Assembly: GCA_004298625.1 (NCBI GenBank)
Contig: SCSY01000200.1
Location: forward strand, 1-32,502
DNA length: 32,502 nt
Source: Nitrospirota bacterium
Lineage (GTDB): Bacteria > Nitrospirota > Thermodesulfovibrionia > Thermodesulfovibrionales > UBA1546
Direction: 5' to 3'
The notes below the pieces were generated by a model, which searched no databases, was not told where the DNA came from, and saw only the letters and a program-made list of their open reading frames with translations. The translations under genes were made by a program, and so were the position numbers. Position 1 is the first letter of the stretch; every line of letters starts with the position of its first letter. Positions 1-7,631 of this stretch are shown here, in pieces.

Positions 1-1600
1 CCACAGGATGCCCGTGCGTATCGTTTACCTTCTTGAAAAAATCAATGTCTATAAGAAGCAGGGAAATGGATTCCGAATACCTGTTCAACTCTCTGAGTTT
101 TTCTGATAATTTTTCCTGGAAGATCCTGTGATTATAGAGACCTGTAAGGCCGTCGGTGGTTGCCAGTTTTTGTATTTCCGCATGCAATTTTGCATTTGCT
201 ATTGATGTTGACGCCTGATTGCACATTACCTTAAGCAATTCTATCTGGAAGGTATCAAGAAAATCTTTTTTCCCGGAGGACATTACAAACAGGCCAAGCA
301 GCTTATTTTCATAAAGCAGCGGCATGACAAAGATCGAGCAAATTTCGTCGCTCTTAAAAGGCATTACCGAAATCCGGTAGTTTGTCATATCAGCCATGTA
401 TAACTGCTGCATGTTTTCAACTGCCATATTTATAAAGGTTCCCTTTAGGTCAAATTGGTTTTCATTTTCCTGTATATTTCCGCTATGGTGGATTAACTCA
501 AACATTGGCCCTTCTGAAATAAAGAAAAACGCCTGCGAAGATGCGATCTTCTTTGCTCCCTCGCAAAGCTTCTCTGCAATGACATTTATATCGAGAGACG
601 AAACCAGGTTGGAACTCTCTTCATTGAGTATCTTCAGGCCGTTGTAATCACGCGTTATCCGCGGGTATATCCTTTCCCTCTCGAGTATCCTGATAAGATA
701 GGTGGTGAACATATGCGCCATATTCTTTTCCGGTTCGGTGAAAGCCGCATATCTTGAACTGTCAGCCGTTAAAACTCCAATTAAGGCAGACCCATCCATT
801 ACGGCAACAGCGAGGAGAGAGGAGATATTGCCTTTTTTTATGTAGCCGATTTCCAACCCCTTCTCCGGTATCTCTCCGGAGTAGAAAGTCTTTTTATCTT
901 TCAAGCATAAGGCAATCATCCCATTGCCGGTAACAATGATATCGCCTTTTTTTTCAGTCGAGTTTCTAAGCGTAAAACTGCTGTGATACGGCGTAAAAAA
1001 ATTTACCGAATCGGCAAGAAGCGCCTGTTTTATCGTGAGAAGGAGTTCTTTTATCTCTTCATCTGTCTTGAGCATAGATGCAAGATAATGGGATACGGCC
1101 TCGTCGCTGCTCAGAGCCTCTGTCCCTGTTCCCGGAGCTATATCTCTTGCAGTGTCTTTAATCGTTTTCAGGGTAGCCAGAGCCTTTTCCTTTTCCTCTC
1201 TGAACCTGCTGAATATGAGAGAGGAAATTACGGCTGTTAACAGCAAGGAAGACGAAAATGCAATCTCCTCATTGCCGATTCCACGCGCAAGGAAGGTCTT
1301 TAGCCCGAAGGATGTGATAAGTAGGGATAGGGGTATGATAGTTTTCCAGTTATAAAAAACCGCCATAACGACAATAAGGGGGAAATAGGCAATTTTCAGC
1401 CATGTAAAATTCAGAGCATGTATTGCGCCTGCATAAATCAATGTTAAAGAAAAGAGAAAACCGAGAGCTAATTCTTTTGTTCCTTTTCTGTTGCCTGCAA
1501 AGTGGAGCGTGGAATATACTAAGGCGGTTGCTGCGCTGAATAAAAACCAGGGGACCGGTCTTGTTACAGGTAAATCCATCAGCAGGCCAATCCACGTCAA
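1..1600 (-). CDS. Membrane-anchored GAF-domain diguanylate cyclase (GGDEF); C-terminus cut by the window edge
   Basis: Absent from the ORF track because it runs off the edge. My minus-strand translation (codon low coordinate = 2 mod 3) showed no stop in every stretch I translated: about 1630 down to about 480, and the last ~95 nt. The stretch 96-480 was not re-translated codon by codon. Hydrophobic N-terminus: PLLCLILTWIGLLMDLPVTRPVPWFLFSAATALVYSTLHFAG...LIYAGAIHALNFTWLKIAYFPLIVVMAVFYNWKTIIPLSLLITSFGL. Two GAF-like soluble segments follow (...LLAVAVMDGSALIGVLTADSSRYAAFTEPEKN...; ...SSLDINVIAEKLCEGAKKIASSQAFFFISEGPMFELIHHS...). It ends ...LRELNRYSESISLLLIDIDFFKKVNDTHGHPV, the typical start of a GGDEF domain. 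The start codon is uncertain (TTG 1600 or ATG 1579). The track ORF 1350..1610 is an out-of-frame shadow. Confidence 0.8.
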   Translation of the reverse strand, partial: MTWIGLLMDLPVTRPVPWFLFSAATALVYSTLHFAGNRKGTKELALGFLFSLTLIYAGAIHALNFTWLKIAYFPLIVVMAVFYNWKTIIPLSLLITSFGLKTFLARGIGNEEIAFSSSLLLTAVISSLIFSRFREEKEKALATLKTIKDTARDIAPGTGTEALSSDEAVSHYLASMLKTDEEIKELLLTIKQALLADSVNFFTPYHSSFTLRNSTEKKGDIIVTGNGMIALCLKDKKTFYSGEIPEKGLEIGYIKKGNISSLLAVAVMDGSALIGVLTADSSRYAAFTEPEKNMAHMFTTYLIRILERERIYPRITRDYNGLKILNEESSNLVSSLDINVIAEKLCEGAKKIASSQAFFFISEGPMFELIHHSGNIQENENQFDLKGTFINMAVENMQQLYMADMTNYRISVMPFKSDEICSIFVMPLLYENKLLGLFVMSSGKKDFLDTFQIELLKVMCNQASTSIANAKLHAEIQKLATTDGLTGLYNHRIFQEKLSEKLRELNRYSESISLLLIDIDFFKKVNDTHGHPV

Positions 1601-1629
1601 AATAAGACAAAGGAGCGGGATGCCCCTCT

Positions 1630-1914
1630 TTATCCGGAAGCCCTGCCCTTTTTTATCTCCTCTTCCCTGAAAAATTTCTTGTATAAAACCTCCCACTCAG
1701 GACTCCCCTCAACCATTTTTTTAGAAAAGGACTGGAGTTTTTTCCGTACGGCTTCATCCATATCAGCGCCTACTTTAAGCTCATTGGATATTATGCGTTT
1801 TATCTCGCGCCTTACTGCGCCTTCTTCTTCGTTCAGGGCAATCAGGTCTCGGTCCATCATCCCCTTAAGGAGCACGTGCGTCAGATGCGTTACTTTATCT
1901 TCAGAGAGCATCAT
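1630..1914 (-). CDS. Small helical protein, DUF507-like (paralog 2)
   Basis: 94-aa charged helical ORF. It overlaps the upstream paralog by ATGA (1911-1914). The resemblance to the DUF507 family (MxLSEDKVxHLxHxLLKG...IKRIIxxELKV...KLxSxSKKxVEGSxEW) is from memory and not verified by search. Confidence 0.6.
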   Translation of the reverse strand: MMLSEDKVTHLTHVLLKGMMDRDLIALNEEEGAVRREIKRIISNELKVGADMDEAVRKKLQSFSKKMVEGSPEWEVLYKKFFREEEIKKGRASG

Positions 1915-2192
1915 AGTATCAGGTTTCTTTCCTTCACGATTTTTTGCTTCGTAAGGTCAAACAGCCTTCTGTAGTCGAGCCTGCTGCGCTCAATCTCAGG
2001 GCTATGTTTTTTCAACAGCTCCCTTACTTCTTCGTTAAGCCTGTCTTCCACCGTAAGCTCTTCCAGCATAATCTCTTCAGCTCCGGCAAGTAGTTTGTCC
2101 ATCGGGACGCGCGGTTCGATAAGATCCTTGGCGACAATGCCGTCAATAACCTTCCTGGTTAACAGCGACACCCACGTTTTGGGGATTCTCAT
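1911..2192 (-). CDS. Small helical protein, DUF507-like (paralog 1)
   Basis: 93-aa ORF lying 3 nt downstream of rpsR. It has the same size and charge pattern as the adjacent ORF. The family assignment is from memory only. Confidence 0.55.
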   Translation of the reverse strand: MRIPKTWVSLLTRKVIDGIVAKDLIEPRVPMDKLLAGAEEIMLEELTVEDRLNEEVRELLKKHSPEIERSRLDYRRLFDLTKQKIVKERNLIL

Positions 2193-2195
2193 GGT

Positions 2196-2420
2196 CTATT
2201 TTTCTACGAAAGAAAGAAGCGCTATGTTTCTGGCCCTTTTTATCGCTTCGTTCAAATCTCTCTGATGCTTTGCGCAGGCGCCTGTCATCCGCCGTGGAAG
2301 AATCTTCCCCTTGTCCGTTAGATAGTGTTTTAATGTCTTGGTGTCTTTGTAGTCTAAAAACTTTACTTTTTCTGCGCAGAATCTACAAAATTTTTTTCTT
2401 TGAACTCTTCGTGGCTGCAA
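2196..2420 (-). CDS. rpsR: 30S ribosomal protein S18
   Basis: 74 aa: [62 protein letters not shown] is a canonical S18. TTG start at 2420 with AGGAGA 6 nt upstream. Confidence 0.95.
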   Translation of the reverse strand: MQPRRVQRKKFCRFCAEKVKFLDYKDTKTLKHYLTDKGKILPRRMTGACAKHQRDLNEAIKRARNIALLSFVEK

Positions 2421-2438
2421 TATATTCTCCTTTCTTTA

Positions 2439-2507
2439 TTCAGTGTCAGTGCTTAGTGTCCGTGTAAGTTTTTTTATTTACTGTCACTGTTCACTGTCAC
2501 TAATCAC
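2439..2507 (-). repeat. CAGTG/CACTG-unit intercistronic repeat, copy A (between ssb and rpsR)
   Basis: Sense (minus) reading: GTGATTAGTGACAGTGAACAGTGACAGT-AAATAAAAAAA-CTTACACGGACACTAAGCACTGACACTGAA. The 5' arm is 27/28 identical to copy C (31609-31636). The 3' arm is 22/23 identical to copy B (18791-18813). The arms can pair as a segmented imperfect hairpin. Confidence 0.75.
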
Positions 2508-2512
2508 CAATA

Positions 2513-2923
2513 TTAAAACGGTTCTGAATCCGTTATTTCTTCCGGTGGTGCAGCTTCATCAGATGGGCCGGAATCTTCCGCCCCTGTCTCGCCCTGAGCC
2601 GAAGTTCTCTTTGACAAGAATCTGACTGAATTGGCAACTACCTCGAACTTGCTCTTCTGCTGCCCTTCGGACTCCCATCTTCTTTCCTGCAGCCTTCCCT
2701 CAACAAGAACGGATTTCCCCTTGCTGAGATACTGGCCTACATTTTCAGCCTGTTTGCCGAAAACAACAATACTGATGAAAAGCGTTTCGTCTTTGAATTC
2801 GCCCTGATGCTTTACCTTTGAGTTTACAGCTATTCTGAAAGAGGCAACTGCCGTCCCCTGAGGTGTATACCTGAGTTCGGGGTCTTTCGTTAAATTTCCT
2901 ATCAATATTGCTTTGTTATACAT
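2513..2923 (-). CDS. ssb: Single-stranded DNA-binding protein
   Basis: 136 aa. OB-fold N-terminus MYNKAILIGNLTKDPELRYTPQGTAVASFRIAVN..., a G/P/E-rich linker, and an acidic C-terminal tip ...DSEPF. Confidence 0.95.
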   Translation of the reverse strand: MYNKAILIGNLTKDPELRYTPQGTAVASFRIAVNSKVKHQGEFKDETLFISIVVFGKQAENVGQYLSKGKSVLVEGRLQERRWESEGQQKSKFEVVANSVRFLSKRTSAQGETGAEDSGPSDEAAPPEEITDSEPF

Positions 2924-3301
2924 TTACGCCTCGCTTTTGGGGGCTGCCTTTTCTCCGGAAACAGCCGCGCCTGCTGCCGCGACAGGAGCTGCCGGCAACG
3001 CTGCGTCAATCTGCTTTTGACCCAGCTTCAAAACCATATATTTCATCACGGGATCAAAGACCTTATAATAATCCTCGAGTTTTCTTATCGCCGCAGACGG
3101 GGATTTAAAAAAGAGAAGAAGATAAAAACCCTTGTTCTGTTTTTGTATCTCATAGGCCAGTTTTCTTCTGCCCCATACATCAACCTTGAGAATTTCTCCG
3201 CCGGAACTTGTTATGAGGTCTTTTATCTTCCCTGAAGCAGTTTCGATGTCTTCGTCGCTGAGAGACGCATTGAAAATAATAATATTTTCGTAGATGTCCA
3301 T
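2924..3301 (-). CDS. rpsF: 30S ribosomal protein S6
   Basis: 125 aa: YENIIIFNASLSDEDIETASGKIKDLI...GGEILKVDVWGRRKLAYEI is S6-like. AAGGAGGTG RBS upstream. Its stop abuts the ssb start. Confidence 0.93.
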   Translation of the reverse strand: MDIYENIIIFNASLSDEDIETASGKIKDLITSSGGEILKVDVWGRRKLAYEIQKQNKGFYLLLFFKSPSAAIRKLEDYYKVFDPVMKYMVLKLGQKQIDAALPAAPVAAAGAAVSGEKAAPKSEA

Positions 3302-3325
3302 TCGTGAACACCTCCTTATGGATTT

Positions 3326-3344
3326 ATCCCGACAACTTCGGGAT
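3326..3344 (-). promoter_or_regulatory. 7-bp hairpin in the rpsF 5' leader (possible S6:S18 autoregulatory leader)
   Basis: atcccga-caact-tcgggat lies between the putative promoter and the rpsF RBS. S6/S18-binding leaders upstream of rpsF are known in several phyla, but I cannot verify the consensus here. Confidence 0.25.
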
Positions 3345-3385
3345 TTGCAGCCCTACCCTGTATAGAGAGAGCAAGGAGTTAGTAT

Positions 3386-3414
3386 TTATAACATAAAAAG
3401 CCGAATAAAATCAA
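3386..3414 (-). promoter_or_regulatory. Putative sigma70 promoter of the rpsF operon
   Basis: On the minus strand: TTGATT (3414-3409), a 17-nt spacer, then TTATAA (3391-3386). This is about 85 nt upstream of the rpsF ATG. Confidence 0.35.
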
Positions 3415-3423
3415 CAACGCTCC

Positions 3424-4023
3424 CTAAATCCTTTTTATCGCCTCTGCCCCCAGTTTTTTCAAAAATCTCTCCCTCTTTTTTTTATCCTTAATCTCCGACA
3501 GGGCTTTTGTGCGGATTTTTTTGATGGAATCGAGACGACGGCCAAATTTTGGACCGTAGAGTTTTTCCAGTTCCTTTCTTATTGCTTTTGCAATTGAAGG
3601 GCTGACCCCTGATGTGGATATCGCTATTGTGAGCGGCCCGCGCCTGACAACGGAAGGGGCAATGAAGTTGCAGAGCGAAGGAGCGTCTACGACATTGATA
3701 AGATTCGGAGCGTCCGCAGACACTTTTTTATTTGTCTCCATGGAATCAGTGGCGGCTATGGCAAGAAAAGCATTCCGAATATCGCCTTTTTTATATTCCC
3801 GTGAGATATGCCTTAAATTTCCCTTTGAACCTTTTGCCCTATTTAAACTCTTTACACTTTCTTTCCTGAGCCTTTTTGTGAGTTCAGGGCTTATTACGGT
3901 TATATCAGCGCCTGATTCAAGCAATGATAAAACTTTTCTTTCCGCAACCCTGCCTCCGCCGACCACGACACATTTTTTGCCCTTCAGGTTTAAGAAAACA
4001 GGATAGTAACGAGGTGAGGTCAT
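3424..4023 (-). CDS. Precorrin-2 dehydrogenase / sirohydrochlorin ferrochelatase (siroheme synthase N-terminal type)
   Basis: 199 aa. YPVFLNLKGKKCVVVGGGRVAERKV is the Rossmann motif typical of SirC/CysG-N/Met8. The ATG overlaps the bamD stop (TAATG). Confidence 0.8.
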   Translation of the reverse strand: MTSPRYYPVFLNLKGKKCVVVGGGRVAERKVLSLLESGADITVISPELTKRLRKESVKSLNRAKGSKGNLRHISREYKKGDIRNAFLAIAATDSMETNKKVSADAPNLINVVDAPSLCNFIAPSVVRRGPLTIAISTSGVSPSIAKAIRKELEKLYGPKFGRRLDSIKKIRTKALSEIKDKKKRERFLKKLGAEAIKRI

Positions 4024-4775
4024 TACTTTTTGCCGGGTGATAATTCTTTCTTTGCCTCAGGGACAAGATTATTATTAGGATATTTTTCTATTAGGAGTTT
4101 GAAATATTCCGATGCCTTATCTTTATTGCCGTGTTTTTTATATGCCGATGCCAGGCTGTAGAAGACCTCGGGTTCTTTCCTGAAACCCGGATATTTCTGA
4201 AGCAGAGCCTGAAACCTGTTGATGGCTGCATCATAAGAGCCCTTATTATAATAAAAAGTCCCGACAACAAATTCGTAATCAGCCAGGATATCTTTGCATT
4301 TCTCGATCCTTGCGTCCAGTATGTCCCTGTAAGGATTTCTCGGGAACATCTGTTTCAGCTTTTCGAATTCAGCCAGCGCCTTGGACGCCGCGCCGTATCC
4401 CCTCTCCGAACTCTCTATCTGGTTGAAGTATATCATCGCGACCTGATACTGGGCATAAGACGCATATTTGTGCTCGGGATAAATCTCCAGAAATCTTTTG
4501 TATTCTTCAACAGCGCGGTCGGGTTCTTCTTCCTGAATATAGGTGTCCGCAATTCTCAATTGCGCCAGAGGGGCATACTTTTTCGTGAGGTCTCTGTTCC
4601 TGATCTCAAAGAATGAGGTCCTGGCCTCTTCGTATTCTTTTCTCTCCATCTGTTCATTAGCCGTTGCAAATGCCTTCTCGGCATCAAATGCCTGATCGGG
4701 CTTTGCGGTCTCTTTTGAGCATGAAAAAACAAACAATAAAGATAAAAGCAGAAATGCTATTTTAATTTTTTGCAT
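4023..4775 (-). CDS. bamD: Outer membrane assembly lipoprotein BamD/YfiO (TPR)
   Basis: 250 aa. Lipoprotein signal LLLSLLFVFSC, followed by TPR-like repeats (YEEARTSFFEI..., AVEEYKRFLEIYPEHKYA..., AINRFQALLQKYPG..., ASEYFKLLIEKYPNN). Confidence 0.85.
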   Translation of the reverse strand: MQKIKIAFLLLSLLFVFSCSKETAKPDQAFDAEKAFATANEQMERKEYEEARTSFFEIRNRDLTKKYAPLAQLRIADTYIQEEEPDRAVEEYKRFLEIYPEHKYASYAQYQVAMIYFNQIESSERGYGAASKALAEFEKLKQMFPRNPYRDILDARIEKCKDILADYEFVVGTFYYNKGSYDAAINRFQALLQKYPGFRKEPEVFYSLASAYKKHGNKDKASEYFKLLIEKYPNNNLVPEAKKELSPGKK

Positions 4776-4852
4776 ATTATTATTTAAACTTTAAAGCGTG
4801 TCTTTAGTCAAGGCAGTATTTTTTCCAAAAATGCAGCTTTTAGTCTCGCTCT

Positions 4853-6130
4853 TCACCCCACATACGAAAATCTTTTCTTAAACTCCTCTATCTTCATATT
4901 CCCTGCTGATGCGAGGTGTTTGATATTTCCAAGCTTAAAATCGCTCTTTTCGAGCCTTATCATATATTCCTTCGCGACAAGATATGTTTCGGATGCAATA
5001 TCAACATAGCGTATCTTTGTCTTGTCCGTATCAGGCTCGAACATCTCGCAGAAAGGAACAGACTTCAGTTTTCCTTCGTAAAAAACTATCATCGAGCCGG
5101 TGCCGCCCATCATGAGAAACCTCACGGCGCCGTATCCGAGGTTTCTTGTATATTCAGCGTCAAACGGAATGGGATCCGCTGCCCTAAGTTCATAGCCGAT
5201 ATTTTTGTCTACGATTGTGACCTTTATCCCGCGGCTTTCAAGGCTTTTTTGAACTATGGTCTTCATAACCCTTCCGAGCTGGATCTCGGAGAGCCTGACC
5301 CTTCCTGTTTCATCCTTTTCTATTACTTCGTATTCCAGAAGCTCTTTCTGGTCGAATTTATTCGCAATCCCCTCTGCCAGGACAGCGACGCCGTAATTCT
5401 TGCCCATTGAGAGCCTTTTGATGATTGAACCTTCGAGTATATCGGCGACTTTCTTTGCAGAGAGCTTTTCTTCTTTCCCGCTCACGGCGGATCCTGTGGA
5501 GAATTCTTCCGGAATTAATGTTATTGCTGCGCCCGATGCCTTTCCGATTCCAAGCGCAAGATGGCCTGTGAATCTGCCCATTGTTGTGACAAAATACCAT
5601 CTGTCTGTTGACCTGGCATCTTCTATGATATTTTCGACAAGCTCAACGCCCCAGTGCCTTGCAGTCTCATACCCGAATGTAGGCATCCCGGCAGGCAAAA
5701 GCAGGTCGTTGTCTATTGTCTTTGGAACATGCACTACTGCAATCCGGCCTTTAGCCTCTTTTTCTATCCACCGCGCCATATAGAGCGTGCCCTCTCCTCC
5801 GATTGTTATCAGATACCTGACCTTTAATGATTTAAGTGTAGACATGAGGGTCTTAAACCCTTCTTTCACTTTAGCGGGAAATTCCCGTGAAGTTTTCAGG
5901 ATCGAGCCGCCTGCGCCGTGGATCTGGGTTACATCATCTATTTTGAGTTCTATTATCTTTTTCCTGTCGCCTGCAAAAAGGCTCTTAAAACCTCCGACGA
6001 TGCCTATAACCCTCATGCCTTTTTCTATTGCAGCGATTGTAGCAGCGCTTATAACCCCGTTTATTCCCGGTGCAGGCCCCCCGCCGACAACTATCGCGAT
6101 AGTTTCTTTCATATACGAAAATTCTAACAT
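4853..6130 (-). CDS. 6-phosphofructokinase, PfkA family (ATP versus PPi specificity unresolved)
   Basis: 425 aa with the motifs IAIVVGGGPAPGINGVI, ITIGGEGT and VPKTIDNDL. An alternative start at ATG 6112 (MKETIAIV...) is possible. Neither ATG has a clear SD. Confidence 0.88.
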   Translation of the reverse strand: MLEFSYMKETIAIVVGGGPAPGINGVISAATIAAIEKGMRVIGIVGGFKSLFAGDRKKIIELKIDDVTQIHGAGGSILKTSREFPAKVKEGFKTLMSTLKSLKVRYLITIGGEGTLYMARWIEKEAKGRIAVVHVPKTIDNDLLLPAGMPTFGYETARHWGVELVENIIEDARSTDRWYFVTTMGRFTGHLALGIGKASGAAITLIPEEFSTGSAVSGKEEKLSAKKVADILEGSIIKRLSMGKNYGVAVLAEGIANKFDQKELLEYEVIEKDETGRVRLSEIQLGRVMKTIVQKSLESRGIKVTIVDKNIGYELRAADPIPFDAEYTRNLGYGAVRFLMMGGTGSMIVFYEGKLKSVPFCEMFEPDTDKTKIRYVDIASETYLVAKEYMIRLEKSDFKLGNIKHLASAGNMKIEEFKKRFSYVG

Positions 6131-6168
6131 AAAGGCAGCATTGCTTAAATGAAAAAATTAGCGGCAAC

Positions 6169-6185
6169 TATTGCATTTTGCAATA
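6169..6185. promoter_or_regulatory. 17-bp palindrome TATTGCA-TTT-TGCAATA in the divergent pfk/kinase intergenic region
   Basis: A perfect 7-bp inverted repeat with a 3-nt spacer, read directly. It lies 22 nt upstream of the kinase ATG. Confidence 0.3.
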
Positions 6186-6206
6186 AAACAGTTTTAAAAT
6201 TGCTTG

Positions 6207-7631
6207 ATGTTTCGATTTGAGTCAAGCATACAGAACAAGGTCAGGGCCGGGTATTACATCTGCCTCGCCCTCATAATCGTTGTTTCTCTCCTGAATTATC
6301 TCAATCTGACGAGGATTGACAGAAAGATTAATTTCGGCTTTATCATCTCCGAACTTTTTGACACAACCCTTGAGATGAGGAGATTTGAAAAAAACTATTT
6401 TCTCTATAGAGACAAAGAAGACTACGCAGAGAATTTGCGCTTTACGGAAAAGGCGGAATATATTATCGGGCAGAATAAGGGGGACATTAAAAAACTCTCG
6501 ATAAAGGCAGATGTGTATGCCCTGGAGACCGACATCAGGGAATATAAATTGCTGATGCAGAGATATTTCAAGCTGGATAAAACTCTCCACCCTGTTGATG
6601 CCTATGATCTGGAAGGCAGGATAAGGTTAAGGGGAAAGAAACTTGTCACTGCAACAGAGGCCGTATCAGTAGCCGAACGGAAATATATTCAGTCACTTAT
6701 AAAGTCTTCGGGAAGGGTTCTTGTTGTTTCGGTAATTTTCCTGATAATTGCAGGATTAATCATAGGCCAGTATCTGTCCCGCATGGTTGTGAGGCCCTTA
6801 AAACAATTGGAAGGCTGCATGCGGCTGATAGCCGATGGAAAATTCGATACTCTCGCATGCGACTCGTCCGAGACGGAAATCGTGTCCCTGAGCAAGGCCT
6901 TCAGCAAGATGATAAAAGAATTGGAATTAAGGCAGATGAAAGTTATTATTCAATCCGAAAAACTCATATCTCTCGGGACCATGGTCTCGGGAATTACGCA
7001 CCAGCTTAATAATCCCCTATCGAACATATCAACCTCCTGCCAGATATTGAATGAGGAGATAGATGAGGCCGACATAAAGTATAAGAGAGAACTGCTGGAG
7101 CAGATAGAGGGGCAGGTCGAGAGGGCCAAGTCTATGGTGCATTCCCTCCTTGAATTTGCAAGGAAAAAAGAATTTAAGGCAAAACCCCTGCCGCTGAAGG
7201 ATTTAATGGATGATACTGTCAGACTCTTGCAGGGAGATATTCCCACAAATGTCGGGATAGAGACGGATATTCCCGAAGACGTCTGGATAATTGCCGATAA
7301 GCAGCGGATACAGCAGGCCTTCTTAAACATTATTAAAAACGGCATTGATGCAATACCGGAGGAAGGAGAGGTTTCCATTTCAGCCGAAGAAAATAGTGAG
7401 ACGAAAACAGTGGAGATAAAAATTAAAGATACCGGAGCCGGCATAGAGCAGGAAAACATTGCAAAGATATTTGAGCCGTTCTTTACCACAAAAGATGAGG
7501 AAAAGGGGTCCGGCCTTGGGTTGTTCGTTGCCCGTGAGATTATCGAAGAACATGGAGGCTTCATAGAGGTTGAGAGTGCAGCAGGACAGGGAACAACCTT
7601 TTCTATAAAACTACCTTTAAAGGAGACTTGA
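6207..7631 (+). CDS. Sensor histidine kinase (two TM segments flanking an extracytoplasmic sensor, then HAMP, HisKA, HATPase_c)
   Basis: H-box GITHQLNNPLSNI. N-box FLNIIKNGIDA. G-boxes IKDTGAGI and GSGLGLFVAREI. HAMP-like MVVRPLKQLEGCMRLIADGKF. ATG 6207 is preferred over the track's TTG 6204. Confidence 0.87.
   Translation: MFRFESSIQNKVRAGYYICLALIIVVSLLNYLNLTRIDRKINFGFIISELFDTTLEMRRFEKNYFLYRDKEDYAENLRFTEKAEYIIGQNKGDIKKLSIKADVYALETDIREYKLLMQRYFKLDKTLHPVDAYDLEGRIRLRGKKLVTATEAVSVAERKYIQSLIKSSGRVLVVSVIFLIIAGLIIGQYLSRMVVRPLKQLEGCMRLIADGKFDTLACDSSETEIVSLSKAFSKMIKELELRQMKVIIQSEKLISLGTMVSGITHQLNNPLSNISTSCQILNEEIDEADIKYKRELLEQIEGQVERAKSMVHSLLEFARKKEFKAKPLPLKDLMDDTVRLLQGDIPTNVGIETDIPEDVWIIADKQRIQQAFLNIIKNGIDAIPEEGEVSISAEENSETKTVEIKIKDTGAGIEQENIAKIFEPFFTTKDEEKGSGLGLFVAREIIEEHGGFIEVESAAGQGTTFSIKLPLKET

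Noticed and set aside
1350-1610. Track ORF of 86 aa on the minus strand, plus the plus-strand ORFs 396..647, 983..1240 and 1152..1355
   Set aside because: These are out-of-frame or antisense shadows of the long edge-truncated GAF-GGDEF gene. That gene's frame had no stop in the stretches I translated (about 1630 to 480 and the last ~95 nt), and it carries clear domain motifs.
2439-2507. Possibility that the CAGTG-unit repeats are a degenerate CRISPR array or tandem minisatellite
   Set aside because: The copies are single and dispersed over 29 kb. There are no regularly spaced direct repeats with unique spacers, and no cas genes are in the window. The internal units are 5-7 nt and are arranged as inverted arms.
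6162-6176. Sigma54-like GGCAAC...TTGCA upstream of the kinase/sigma54-activator operon
   Set aside because: The GG-to-GC spacing is 10 nt rather than the required 12, and the -24 element lacks the TGGCAC core. My by-eye scan of the intergenic regions found no other convincing -24/-12 element.
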